Of a stretch of 64,000 bases of DNA, positions 38,869-50,283 are shown piece after piece; position 1 is the first letter of the stretch, and each line of letters begins with the position of its first letter. The stretch spans positions 9,072,461-9,136,460 of the forward strand of contig CM082596.2 in assembly GCA_040954595.2 (NCBI GenBank), in the 5' to 3' direction. This DNA is from Balanoglossus misakiensis (taxonomy: Eukaryota; Animalia; Hemichordata). Under the pieces are notes generated by a model. The model worked only from the letters and a program-made list of their open reading frames with translations, did no database searches and was not told the DNA's origin. Both the position numbers and the translations under genes were made by a program.

Positions 38869-41414
38869 ATGGCTAGTCAGAAAGATGTAGGGAATACATA
38901 TGAAGACCTCTCCCAGAAGTCAGTTGGCGAACTGAAATATTTTCTGTCTGTCAGAGGTATTGGCACAACAGGTTCAAAGCCAGAATTAGTGGCCAGAGCC
39001 TTTGTTGCCACTGAACAGTCTGTTCCTGTAAAATTATCAGAATTTGAACTTAAACAAAAATTACAGAAAGAGTATATGTGTCGCTTAAAAGAACTAGAAA
39101 TCGATGACCCTATAACTATACCAGATCACATGTGGATAAATGATGTCAGGAAATGGCCTAAGTTAGATTTAAGTAGTGTGTTTTCATTTATTTTAGAAAA
39201 GAAAGAGTTTGACCATTCATATATTGGAAAATATAAAACGTACAAAGCATATTCATATTTTGCTAGTGGATTTGTAGGTCCAATATTTCACCACAGCATT
39301 GCCAATGATAGGGTTCTGGTGAAATCTACTGTATCACCATCACAGCGAGTGAGGGATCAGCTGTGGCCTGTTTGGCTTGTTTTACAGAATGACGGAAAAG
39401 TTCTTGGGGCCTGGTGTGGATGCACTGCTGGGTACTCACAAGCATGCAATCATGTTATGGGGGTTTTGTATAAAATGGAGCACGCACCACTGATGAATTT
39501 TAATGACCCATCCTGTACAGACATACCTTGTGAGTGGAATGACAAAACTTTGAGAGATGTATTACCCGAAAAAGTCAGTAGTTTGGTAATCAAACAAAGT
39601 GCATGAACCAAAAGTGGGGACTTTAACATTAATTCACAAATGAAAACACAATTTGACCCAAGAAGGGAAAATGAAAGAAAGGTTACTGATGTACACGTGT
39701 CGTCCTTATCAAAATGGAAACTCGTCGAATCTAATGCGGTAGTTTACAAAGCCTTTCCAAAGTTTACAACAACAAATAATCATTTGCCACAGTCAGTTCA
39801 AAAACAAGCTCAAATATATGCCAACAATCACAGGGGAGATGAGACAACAATGATCAGTGGATTTCTAGAAACACTGCACTCAACTGTGGGTCGGGATAAT
39901 ATTCATTATTATACACCTACTGCTGTAACCTATGGAGTTCCGTAATACAATAATTCGCGGTATCACCGTCCAATAATTATTCAAATGAGGACGCGGAGTC
40001 CCATAACCCACAGGGTTATTGGACGCATATTTGACCTTTGACCTCACAGCTGTCTGATGTAAACAATGATGATATTGCACCCTACTCTCACAAAAAATTA
40101 TATAAAAAGTACACAGTCGTTATTAAACAAAATTATTGGTGGCCCAAAATGCGAAATAAGTCAAAATCCTCGATGGAATTTCAGTCGAAGGAATGTGTGA
40201 ACGAACAGGCGAGCGCGTTCATCGCTGCAGTGTAGAACGTCGCGCGCAAGACATCAGCAGCTCGACACTAGCATCACCTGATGCGCGAGGTGAAGGCGCG
40301 TTCGATATGCAAATTACATCATGGCGGCGTCTGAAAACGAGAAAGTCCGATAGCGGCCTATTTATTCTTTATCGTTCATCAAGGACGTCCGGAAAAGGTG
40401 TATAATAATAAGGTTATTCACAAAATACCGGGATTTATGTCCTCGTACATCATACGCTTCGGTATTGTCCTCGACGCTGCGCGTCTCGGACAATACCTGC
40501 GCTGCACGATATACTCGGACATAAATCCCGGTATTTTGTGAATAACCTTATATGATATAGCAAAAGCTACTATGGAGCAAGACAAATGTGGGGAGTGGTA
40601 CGAACAGAGGGCTGGAAGACTGACTTCGTCCACTTTCCACGATGTCTTTACTAAAATGGAAAGCATTTCCAAACATCCCGGTAAGCCATGCTCAACCACA
40701 AAGTTGATATCTCGTCTTTTAGCCGTGAAATCCCTAAATTATGTTCCTGCTATAAAATGGGGGAATTTACATGAACAAGACGCCAAGCTGGCATTAGAAC
40801 TGGAAATCGCAGCTAGACATCAGAACTTTAGGCTAAAAAATACTGGGCTTGTTGTCCATGAACGTTTTCCACATCTTGTTACATCACCTGATGCTGTTGC
40901 TGTTTGTCAGTGTTGTTCTAATGCCTGCGTTGAATGTAAGTGCCCCTATTCTATAAGGGATAAGAGTATTATTGATGAGGGATGGAATGAAACAGACTTT
41001 CTGGAGAAAAATGGTGACCAAATTCAGTTGAAGAAATCCCACAAGTATTATACTCAAATACAAGGGCAAATGGCAATCACACAATGTGATAAATATTACT
41101 TTGTAGTTTGGACTCCAGTTGGCAGACCATTGATTCAAGTGATTGAATTTGATCATGAATATTGGGAAAAGGTTCAGTTAAATCTCTGTAATTTCTATAA
41201 ATCACACATGGCTAGAGTATTGTTAGGGTTTAGAGAAATATTCTTTTGCCCTTCATGTAATGGAGTAATCTTAGAAGAAGGCGAGTTTGATGATGAAAAA
41301 GAAAACAGTGTACAATGCATGATGTGTTTGTTATGGTACCACTGGGGATGTGTCGGAAGAAGTAAAATCACAGATGATGATGATTGGGTATGTTTAAACT
41401 GTACGTTGACATGA
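38869..41414 (+). pseudogene. ISL2EU accessory protein: SAP-SWIM-YqaJ exonuclease-PHD; premature stop and internal insertion
   Basis: SAP-like VGELKYFLSVRGIGTTGSKPELVAR; SWIM CGCTAGYSQACNH; YqaJ W..QRAGRLTSS, SPDA, ECKCP, YYTQIQGQM; C-terminal PHD-like C/H pattern. In-frame TGA at 39604-6 and an insert at ~39903-40550. Confidence 0.88.
39903..40550. mobile_element. Non-autonomous palindromic insertion (possibly Crypton-type) in the YqaJ gene
   Basis: It interrupts the ORF between ...GRDNI and YDIAKAT. It contains the IR ttattatacacct/aggtgtataataa and a ~140-bp terminal foldback (taaggttattcacaaaataccgggatttatgtcc ... ggacataaatcccggtattttgtgaataacctta). The family assignment is uncertain. 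Confidence 0.6.
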
Positions 41415-41693
41415 AAATTGTAGTTTTCTTGTGTGTATACATACAAATTCAATATAACCGGTGTATGTTCAATTCAAATGGTGTGTAAGCTTGTATTTTA
41501 CTATGTGAATTTTTGTCTGGTTTCATATGATTCTAAATCTGGATGATTTTTTTTTCTTACCAGAGGATTGTTATAGAAGTAGTGACTTCTCATAATGAAT
41601 TACCATATAAGATGTGATTAATCGATAGAAATAAAATGTATTGAATTAAACTATAGAAGAAGGTTTCACAAGTATATAATGGTTTATTTTTTA

Positions 41694-43068
41694 TTATTCA
41701 CACAGAGGTTCAGACGGATTACAGAGAGCCCAACAGGTTTTGATTATATCATTGATGATTGGAATTAAGGTTACAGGAAGTTGATTTGTTAAAATACGGA
41801 AGTGTTTTGTTTGGCCAATGGCCTGTTCAACATAAATCCTTACATTGGCTATCTTTGATGTTTCTGCCATGGCTACACTTGTCATAGGTAGGCCTTTAGT
41901 AGCACTTGGCGGAATTGCTAATTGGACCTGTTGAACCATCAAGTCATCTTTGATCTTAAACCCCCTATCAGCTAATAATTGATCATATGGTTCCAGAAGC
42001 GTGTAAAATTTACTATTTCTTACAATAAATTTATCAGATGCCCTACCCCCATATGCCTCAGAAATAAATGAAATTAAACCATTTGGAGTTATACTAACTA
42101 AGAATTTAACAGTACAGTGATGTTTGTATTCTGACCAAAATTTAGCTTGAAGCTGTAAACATGATGGCTTTTCAATAAATATTTCAGTGCAGTCTATAAT
42201 ACTTCTTACTTTTGGATAAAATCGTCGAAAACATTCTGGTAAATGATCTTTGATTGCTTGCTTGGTTGGCCATATAATCAGCCAACCAAGTTCCCTACTC
42301 ATTAATTTGATCCATGTAATAAAAATTGAACTAACTAAGCCTTCAGCAATCTTGAAACGAAAAGAAAGATCGGGAATTAATAAAGCTAAACGAAGACGCA
42401 TCATCACAAGAAGTAATTCCTGTGGCAAAGTAAGTTTTCTCGATGGACCAGGCCTATTAAAAGTACATGTAGCTGGATTTGAAACTGTGTATCTTTTGGG
42501 TATTTCTTTGACGGTCTGTTTTTCCCCTTTCCAATATTGCATGTTTGCTGCTTTGGGTGCTAAATAATTGAAAACCCCCTCAAACGCTGCACAATTCTTT
42601 AGACCAGTGTAAAAATGAACATCCGAATCTCTAGTTAATTGTTCTGAAGCCGTACATATTTTTATAGTTCTCTGGTCCTGTTGATCACAAACTGGCTGCT
42701 CTACATATACATTGGTGTGATTAATTGTTATTAGTATTAGTGTCACATCTTTTCTCTACTACCCTCCTCTTTCTCGGTGAAGTCTGGTATCTCGCCAGCG
42801 ATGTTGACAGAAATAGAGAGGGGAAAGGGTTCGCTTTGGTGGGCTCTCCATCAACAAAATGATTGGAGCAAACTCGAACGCCTGGTCCAGGTACAAAATC
42901 AACCCTTCCTCTAGAAATTCTGGAGATCCACTGCTTTCTCAGTTCCTCATTAGTAGTTGGTAACTTGTGAAATCGCAAGACTACAACGTGATTCCTTAAG
43001 ATCTGCCTCTCAGGATATCTCCTGTCATTGAAACAACCCTCAATGCAACAGCGGTCTCCACCTGGCAT
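41694..43068 (-). pseudogene. ISL2EU transposase (THAP + HTH + DDE_Tnp_4), split by one frameshift near 42730
   Basis: THAP CCIEGC...FHKLP...W...RVCSNHF...P (42721-43068). Catalytic IDCTE, LADRGF and RIYVEQAIG motifs (41694-42746). Confidence 0.9.
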
Positions 43069-44275
43069 ATTGACAGACTACCTATCAGCACTGGCTTTCC
43101 TAATGAGCTAGTCACAGACCTGTCTAAAGCACAAAATTACAAAAAAAATGTCTCTTTAATTGTCCCATAGTCTGGGGATTGAATTTTGAGCGATCTGTCC
43201 ATTACAGACGTCTGCATGATAGGCATAAGTTTTGGTATGAGTAAATCAAAAGCAACTATAAAGTTAAGTTCATTTTTATTAGTAACAAAATAAATTTAAG
43301 AATTTGGCAATCACATTTTGTAAATTACGGGGATTGATCTAAATGTGTCCCGTAAAATGATCGTCGACGGATTGTGTTTATTTATAGTGGTTAACTATGC
43401 AGTGGTGCTATTACATGTTATCTGCAGCACGATTACAAGTTGGATAAATCGCGTAAAAAAGGATGACAGTAATAAATTTGGAAAGTTTTGGTATTTGATA
43501 CAACTTTCCGAGTTAATTTACCTGTTGTGATGGAAAAAAGTTGACCAATTTCAGGAAAATTATCGAAAAGTGGCAGGAGCTGCTAAGAGACGACACTTCC
43601 ATGTTTGCTCTAATGACAACAATGAAGGACGCCACATGCGTCGAAACAGCCGCCATTTGCCCCAGGTTCAAGATGGCGCCGATAACCGTGAAATGATCCA
43701 TTATTAGCGACTTACCAATCAATCAACATTGCTGCCAAATCGCAGTTAGAAAGCCCAGTTTCATCTCGGAGATCGTTCCATCGTTCAGCCTGGTTGCCAA
43801 TATAGATTTTCTTACGATTATTTATAGCGTTGTTCAGTTTTATCCGCCTCTTCTTTGCCGAAGACGACATCCCTGAGCGACTACGCACATCGGGTGACGC
43901 CATTTTGTTTACGTGAAATATCGACTGCGCATGCCCAAAACTTTGCGTGGTTTATCGCTAGCGGCTCGCGCTGGCGACCGGATAGAGAAAATGACTTGCA
44001 AGTCACGATTTATTTATTAGTAAAAAAACACCAGTTGTACAGTCATTACCAAAGTTTTAAAATATACTAGGGCCACACTGCGGTAAGCATTTCAAATTAT
44101 GTACATTTTTATTTAGAACCATCAAATGGGGAAAAATACGAAATTCCACAGAGATTGTGGCTTTAAGAGACTAAGAAGAAAAACCACGCGAGAAAATACT
44201 ATCAATAATTTTGTCGATGAAGAAAATAACAGTAGCATAAGACACACAACCAGGGGGTTATAATTAAACACCCAA

Positions 44276-44693
44276 GGCCAGGGAGAAAAAATAAATTGTT
44301 CATCGGAATCGCCGCTTCTACTTTGGCTGATTTGGAATGTTTTTTTTTGATCTCGGCAAATATTCTACTTCCGTGTTACAACATTCTTAGTCACTGCCGC
44401 TGGTGGCCAGAATATGTTGTGCAAACACCAACTGTAAAGTTAATTGCCTATGTTATTGTTGGGAAATATAGTATTGAATTCAGTTACAAGTACATGTATC
44501 AGTGTTTTTTGTCTGAGATATTTCTGGTAAAAAGGGAAACAATTATCTCGCCTTTTCTGCATCTGTGCAAATATGCCAGAGAACCGCATTTACTTTCAGC
44601 CTACAAAAAAAAAAAAAAAAAAAAATATTCGCTCGCCGCTCCTGGACCTTGGTCCAAAAAATCCGATGAACAAGATTTTTTTTCTCTCTGGCC
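44276..44693. mobile_element. MITE with GGCC termini
   Basis: Imperfect TIRs ggccagggagaaaaaataaattgttcatcgga / tccgatgaacaagattttttttctctctggcc, with CAA on both flanks. Confidence 0.55.
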
Positions 44694-45106
44694 CAAGGCC
44701 CTTTTTTTTTTTTTTTTTTTAAGGCAAGCCAGCATTTAGTGAGCTGACTATACCTAAGGGCTATCGAAATAATAACATCAAATAAATATCCCGAAAGAAA
44801 ACAAATTTCACACATGCACAACTGCATAATCAAACCATCATTACTATATCACATGTTTCCCATTGAAACACCTTTGCCCAGTATTCATACATAATTCATC
44901 ACTCGTCAAATATTACATGTCTCTCAATAGGACAATCCCATACAACTACGCACACCTGTATAATCAGCCAATCACTATGTGAATCACATAAATACTCAAA
45001 AAAAATCCACGCATAAAAATTTACATGTCTCTCAACAGGACACATCCTACTTCAATATGCATACCTATGTAATCGGCCAATCACATGTCTCTCATGGGAC
45101 ACACAA

Positions 45107-45540
45107 AAACTTACGTGTCTCCCACTGGACACCCAATTTCAGTACTCAAAACACGTGTCAAATTTTATCACAAAAAACTTACGTGTCTCCCACTGGACAC
45201 CCAATTTCAGTATTCAAAACACGTGTCAAATTTTATCACAAAAATTACGTGTCTCCCACTGGACACCCAATTTCAGTATTCAAGACACGTGTCATATTTT
45301 ATCACAAAAATTACGTGTCTCCCACTGGACACCCAATTTCAGTATTCAAGACACGTGTCATATTTTATCACAAAAATTACGTGTCTCCCACTGGACACAC
45401 AATTTCAGTATTCAAGACACGTGTTATATTTTATCACAAAAACTTACGTGTCTTCCACTGGACACCCTATTTCAGTATTCAAAACAAGTGTCAACTTTCA
45501 TCAAGAAGCATACGTACGCGTGTCTCCCACTGGACACCCC
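45107..45540. repeat. 66-bp minisatellite (~6 copies)
   Basis: Unit aaaattacgtgtctcccactggacacccaatttcagtattcaagacacgtgtcatattttatcaca. It produces 22-aa repeats in all three forward frames. Confidence 0.92.
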
Positions 45541-46287
45541 AAAACTAATATTAAAAACTTATATACTTCATGTCTCTCAACAGGACAAACCACTTCAATA
45601 CAGAAAACGTACACACCTGTGTAATCACCTATTCACAAGTCATAAACTCGTCACAGATTTCCTTTCAAATACTTACCGTAAATTATTGCATATTTTTTGT
45701 ACAAAACACACATGTACAAAAGCTAACCAAACCGCTTTTTCCAAATCTTCATACTCAACTTGAAGTACACTATGACAAAATTCATATGAATAAATATCGC
45801 ACTGAAAACACAGAAAAACAGCTTACCACATTGTTTTGAGGTGGCGGTCTCAACTCAGCAGCCTGGGTAGGCAAAGTTGCCTGAGAGGTAGAACCCGACA
45901 CAGAACCCATTACACCGCTTGGTACACTCACACGTCTTGGTAGTTGGTTACCATCCTTTTGCAGAGGTTTTGGCTGCTGTGCTTGTAGTTGTGAAGTACC
46001 CTGCACTACAGGTTGTGAAGTAGACTGCATGCTGTACCGCGAGGAGTAGGGTCTGCTCTCTAGTTTTCCGTGCACCGTTCGATGTGATGTGACACCTGGG
46101 TGTATGCGCACTCCAATTATATATAGGTATCTTATGAATATTCATATTCACTCAACCAATCACTACGCAGTGTAGATAGTAAAAATATAAAACGTGTGAC
46201 CTTGATTAAAGAGCAACTTATCGACCAAACCAAACATAAAGTTTTGTTGAGCTTGATACCGTCCAGAGTTCCGGGCCGACAGCCAGT

Positions 46288-46316
46288 ATCGCTTCTCGGC
46301 CTTTTGGCTAAGATCA
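46288..46316 (+). ncRNA. U2: U2 snRNA 5' fragment (nt 1-29), gene disrupted
   Basis: atcgcttctcggccttttggctaagatca is an exact match to the conserved metazoan U2 5' end. The expected continuation agtgtagtatctg is absent. Confidence 0.9.
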
Positions 46317-46956
46317 TTGGTTGTTACTGGTGTGTTATATCCGATCCAAGAAGAGTGTTTTGTTTACACTCACTAGCACTATCCACAGTAAAACACGACA
46401 CAACAATATGTACAGTGTGTGGTCACGTTGCTAGCCGTCCACATTTATTACCCTCCATGAGTTTAATACAAGAAAGTTAATTACTACTCGTGAAAGAGAA
46501 AAAACCAGAGTACCAGTAATTGCTAGTAAAAAACCTTTACAAAAGTACATTGCGAAAACCCAGTGCTGAATACATCTCGCACTAAAAACCAGAGAGAAAA
46601 CCTATTTAATAGGCCAAAAACTCTGGAAAAGCGTTAGATGTTCAGACACACTGACTCTCCACTAATAACAATAGAATAATACAACTCTAAAGAAAAATTT
46701 AGCCGTGTAGTCACCTTGCCAGCAACGTGTAGACTGACGTTCCGCTAGTGATAGCGCCCTCTATGGCAACAAAACATTACTTTCTTGTATCTACTACGTG
46801 CCTCAAGAAAGTACACGTTTTGTTTACACTCACTAGCACTATCCACAGTAAAACACGACACAACAATATGTACAGTGTGTGGTCACGTTGCTAGCCGTCC
46901 ACATTTATTACCCTCCATAGACCAAAAACAGAAGGGGAATTGGAGAAGAAACGGCT

Positions 46957-47985
46957 TTAAATACCCAGACTCCTTGATACTTTAAGTAAGCTATCCACGT
47001 CGTCTTGAATATACCCATCCTTTGCAGCATCAGATTTCCACCTACCATGTTTCTTAAGCTCCCGGTCGCTGACTCCAGCGTGAGCTGCTGCAGTTGTTCC
47101 CCCAAAACACGAAACGTCTGGAACAACAGCCCCCAACTTCTCTCTAACAATCTCCCTTACACGGGTATAGCTTAACTTTTTATTCAGGTGGACCAAACTA
47201 CATTTGCCACCGGATGAAAAGAGTGGTCTAAAAATGAATGCATCCTGATTTGTCACAGGCTCTAGAAGGGATAGGTACTGCTCCAGCTTAGCAACGGGAC
47301 ATGCTGGACCCCCAGTTCTAGCTACATGAACTGAGTTGCCCTGTTTACACTGATCTGTTTTGCTTTGGCTAACCCAAATGACAACATGGGAAGTACAAAT
47401 GTAAATATCCTTAAACTTAATATTGACAACATCGCTATATCTAAAAAATCCTGCATAAGCTAGCAGGATCAAACAAACGTCTCTAACATCTTTTAACAAA
47501 CGTGAGTCCTTAAACAGTGAAGTAATGTCTTGTAAAATATTACTCGTAACTGGTCGTTTCTTTTGCACCGGTTTTCCCAGGAGGCGACAGGCTGAAGCCA
47601 CCAAATTTTGTACAAAAGGATTCTCTGTTGGGGATGGTAACCCTGCCAAATTGTGGGCCCAACGAATACCGTAATGTGCAACTTCAACAGATTGCTTAGT
47701 TGCCCCCTTATCCAAGCCACACTGAATTAAATTTGAAAAATAAAGGGAAACATGCACAACCTGTGCAGGAAAAACAGGAAAGCTAAAACTCTTGGCAAAA
47801 GTTGCCCAACGGTGAAAAGCTGCTGCGTAAACTCTGGTTGTTGAATCAGCTTTGGAAGCCATAGCGAAAACTGGCAGTGCCATAGCCAATCTACTGATCT
47901 CCGGACTATCACGTGCTAGGCTGTCAATTTCTTTCCATATTCCAGTGCTGAATACCTCAGTGTCTGTAATAAACAAAAAGTGCAT
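46957..47985 (-). CDS. DIRS tyrosine recombinase lacking the HxxR box
   Basis: AGFFRYSD (catalytic R), SKTDQ and HGRWKSDAAKDGY (catalytic Y) are present. The segment normally reading FGxHSLRxGG reads FGGTTAAA. Confidence 0.88.
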   Translation of the reverse strand: MHFLFITDTEVFSTGIWKEIDSLARDSPEISRLAMALPVFAMASKADSTTRVYAAAFHRWATFAKSFSFPVFPAQVVHVSLYFSNLIQCGLDKGATKQSVEVAHYGIRWAHNLAGLPSPTENPFVQNLVASACRLLGKPVQKKRPVTSNILQDITSLFKDSRLLKDVRDVCLILLAYAGFFRYSDVVNIKFKDIYICTSHVVIWVSQSKTDQCKQGNSVHVARTGGPACPVAKLEQYLSLLEPVTNQDAFIFRPLFSSGGKCSLVHLNKKLSYTRVREIVREKLGAVVPDVSCFGGTTAAAHAGVSDRELKKHGRWKSDAAKDGYIQDDVDSLLKVSRSLGI

Positions 47986-48096
47986 TAAATGTCATTACAT
48001 AGCTAATGCTAGTGTTCCATGTGCACATAACGTGCTTGGACTACAATGATTAGAACATTTGTCTAATACTAGAGTCCGCCATAACGGCCAGCCAAC

Positions 48097-50202
48097 CTAT
48101 GGGTTGCTACATAATTTGCATCCACCGGCCGCTGCAGTGCAAAACCCTGCTTTGCGTACTCTGTTTTTTGTTGTGTAGTCTAGTCTTAGTGCTAGGATTC
48201 TAAATCTCAGAGCTTTACCTCCAAAGACTGAGTTTCTACCCCTGCCCTTGTGAAAAACATTCTCGCCATTTGGCAAATGTAGCCAATCGTGTACACCATC
48301 ATTGAGGTGCAGGCCATCTGGGCACACTGCTGGCCAATAATAGGCAGATCTCCACACAGGGACCACCATCGTTCCCTTGCCCTTGCACTCTTTCAGATAC
48401 CTCATTGCCTTACCAATCAAGCACACTGGTGGTAATAACCAGTTATTATCGGATCCCCACAACTGGGTAAAAGCATCAACTGCTTCGGTATTTGGACACC
48501 AATACCTTGAGTTAAATCGTAAACATTTTGTGTTATACGAACAAGCAAATCTGTCCACTGTAAATGGACCCCACAGAAAGTTCAGATGGTTAACAATGTC
48601 TGGACTAATCCCCCAGTCATCTGTGTCAACCACTTTACTGATAAAATCAGCTTTCTCGTTCAGTGTTCTGGGAATCCACTCTGGTAGCAGAGAAATAGCG
48701 TTGCTTACACAAAAAGCGTAGATCTGAAGTGCTATTTTTTGTAACTCTGGCTTCATGCTGCCTTTTGCGATAATGCTCACCACATTTTGGTTATCAGTAA
48801 ACCACTTTACTGTGTGGCCCTGAATGATGTGCGTCACACTGACAAGGATTCTATGAACTGCTTCAAGTTCACGCCATGTAGAGCTCTTACCTGCTTCGAA
48901 CTGTGACCAGTTGCCCTGTGCAACACAATCCCCATACTCTACTACATAGCCACCGTATCCTGTGCTAGAAGCGTCTGAGTACACTACTCTTGTGACTTTG
49001 GATGTAAACCTCATGGCTACCCTGTTTAAATTTGGTATGTTGTCATGCCAAAACCGCAATTCCTGAATCGCTTCCATGCCTAATATTACTCTACTACCCC
49101 ACGATGAACGTGTATTCAATGCAAAAATTAAATGCCTGGTCATCATTAAGACAACATTGCCAATGCCAATTCTCGTGGAAATGACATGGCCAATTACCTG
49201 GGCCAATTTCCTGGCGTGGACTGGAGTGAAGCTTTTTGATGAACTACAGTTAGACAGCAATTCGACCAGTAAACCATGCAATCTTTGCAGACGACGAACG
49301 GGTATGAAAAACTTACCTTGTTCCAGGTCAATCTCTACACCTAGCCATTCCAGCTTTTGCACAGGCTCCCAGACACTCTTACCTTGGTTAATTGCAAGTC
49401 CAAATGCTACCAAGTCATGTTCCACATCATGTGATGCAACTGTGGCAGATTGCAAAGAACTCCCAGCACCGAGCCCGTCATCTAGGTAAACAACTACTGC
49501 CTTACCTTCCCCTCTCCATTTTGCTACTAGAGGGCGTAGTAACTTAGTAAAAACATATGGTCCTGAAGCCAGCCCAAATGGGAGAACACAGAAAATAAAA
49601 TACCTTCTTTTCCCGTTGAACACCCAGGAAAACCCCAGAAATTTGCGATGAGCTGGGAAAATTTCAACATGGTGATAACCTGACTTTAGGTCAAACTTAA
49701 ACATGAAACTCCCTAGTACCAAAAACTCTTTTGCAATACTCAAATCTTCACAGCGAAAACTTTGCTTAAAGATATGCAAATTAACCTTATGTAAATCTAA
49801 AATCAAACGCTTCTTTCCGTCATGATTTAATGCCACTGAAAGAGGATTGCACACAAATGGAACCTCATTGATCTCCTCTATGGCCCCTGAATGCAAAAGC
49901 TTGCCTATTTCTGAAGAAACAAAATCACTATTAGAACAAGCCGAGCGATTATTTGATGTGAATGATGAAGGAGGCGATGAAAACAGAGGTAACTTGTAAC
50001 CAAATTCGATAAGCTCCAAAATCCAATTTGGCGCGTTAATTTCCCGCCATTTTGCAAGATGACGCTTCAAGCCTCCCCTAACGATGACGTCATCGTGAGG
50101 ACGACAAATAAAACTCTCCCCTAAAATAGAGGCTTCTTTTGTAAACCCAATTGCATCAGAGAAATCTCCCTCCCATGACAATAAAGAGCAATTACAGCCC
50201 AA
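48097..50202 (-). CDS. DIRS reverse transcriptase / RNase H / DNA adenine-methyltransferase-like protein
   Basis: FDLKSGYHH, LPFGLASGP and YLDDG (RT); SDASS, WRELEA and TDNQNV (RNase H); DRFA...FNSRY...DAFTQLW...WLLPP (MT-like). Confidence 0.93.
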   Translation of the reverse strand: MGCNCSLLSWEGDFSDAIGFTKEASILGESFICRPHDDVIVRGGLKRHLAKWREINAPNWILELIEFGYKLPLFSSPPSSFTSNNRSACSNSDFVSSEIGKLLHSGAIEEINEVPFVCNPLSVALNHDGKKRLILDLHKVNLHIFKQSFRCEDLSIAKEFLVLGSFMFKFDLKSGYHHVEIFPAHRKFLGFSWVFNGKRRYFIFCVLPFGLASGPYVFTKLLRPLVAKWRGEGKAVVVYLDDGLGAGSSLQSATVASHDVEHDLVAFGLAINQGKSVWEPVQKLEWLGVEIDLEQGKFFIPVRRLQRLHGLLVELLSNCSSSKSFTPVHARKLAQVIGHVISTRIGIGNVVLMMTRHLIFALNTRSSWGSRVILGMEAIQELRFWHDNIPNLNRVAMRFTSKVTRVVYSDASSTGYGGYVVEYGDCVAQGNWSQFEAGKSSTWRELEAVHRILVSVTHIIQGHTVKWFTDNQNVVSIIAKGSMKPELQKIALQIYAFCVSNAISLLPEWIPRTLNEKADFISKVVDTDDWGISPDIVNHLNFLWGPFTVDRFACSYNTKCLRFNSRYWCPNTEAVDAFTQLWGSDNNWLLPPVCLIGKAMRYLKECKGKGTMVVPVWRSAYYWPAVCPDGLHLNDGVHDWLHLPNGENVFHKGRGRNSVFGGKALRFRILALRLDYTTKNRVRKAGFCTAAAGGCKLCSNP

Positions 50203-50283
50203 AATATTGCAGGGAACATTGATATTTTGGCCAATACTTAACTTTTCAGTTACGCTTTCAGCCTGGGTGTCATGTCGTCCTTG

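Larger units (their letters stand above)
33001..43699. mobile_element. ISL2EU (PIF/Harbinger-related) DNA transposon inside Kolobok intron 1
   Basis: Long TIRs of ~250 bp, ggatcatttcacggttatcggcgccatcttgaac... / ...gataaccgtgaaatgatcc, with an AT target duplication (32999-33000 and 43700-43701). It encodes a THAP-DDE transposase and a convergent YqaJ exonuclease. Confidence 0.88.
27740..43903 (-). pseudogene. Kolobok DDE transposase, multi-exon (~14 exons), with premature stop
   Basis: Exon 1 spans 43903-~43716 (MASPDV...IYIGNQAERW...LIDW|gtaagt). Later exons encode GNNYKKISLF, DGRMDSPGFCAQYCTYTVMD, VTDDHMQIGALM, HSLDVWHAAKNLGKK and STAELETF*QHVLMYAGKRFAYS (in-frame TAG near 28484). Intron 1 holds the ISL2EU insertion. 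Confidence 0.8.
25439..44162. mobile_element. Kolobok DNA transposon (~8 kb native, expanded to 18.7 kb by nested inserts)
   Basis: TTAA on both sides (25435-38 and 44163-66). TIRs agtcccaatctctgtggaattt / aaattccacagagattgtggct (2 mismatches). It carries convergent spliced genes for a DDE transposase and a KolX-like protein. Confidence 0.85.

Noticed and set aside
25439-44162. KolobokP-type element with long terminal direct repeats
   Set aside because: The left and right terminal few hundred bases are not direct repeats; only short TIRs are seen.
44979-45763. Three overlapping 179-202 aa repeat ORFs
   Set aside because: They are by-products of a stop-free 66-bp minisatellite that is open in all three frames.
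45782-46111. 109-aa S/Q/P-rich ORF upstream of U2
   Set aside because: Low complexity, no domain and no supporting exon structure.
38857-50202. Phage or prokaryotic system (YqaJ recombinase, integrase, methyltransferase, RT)
   Set aside because: Each gene lies within a eukaryotic transposon with defined termini (ISL2EU, DIRS), and the region has spliceosomal introns.
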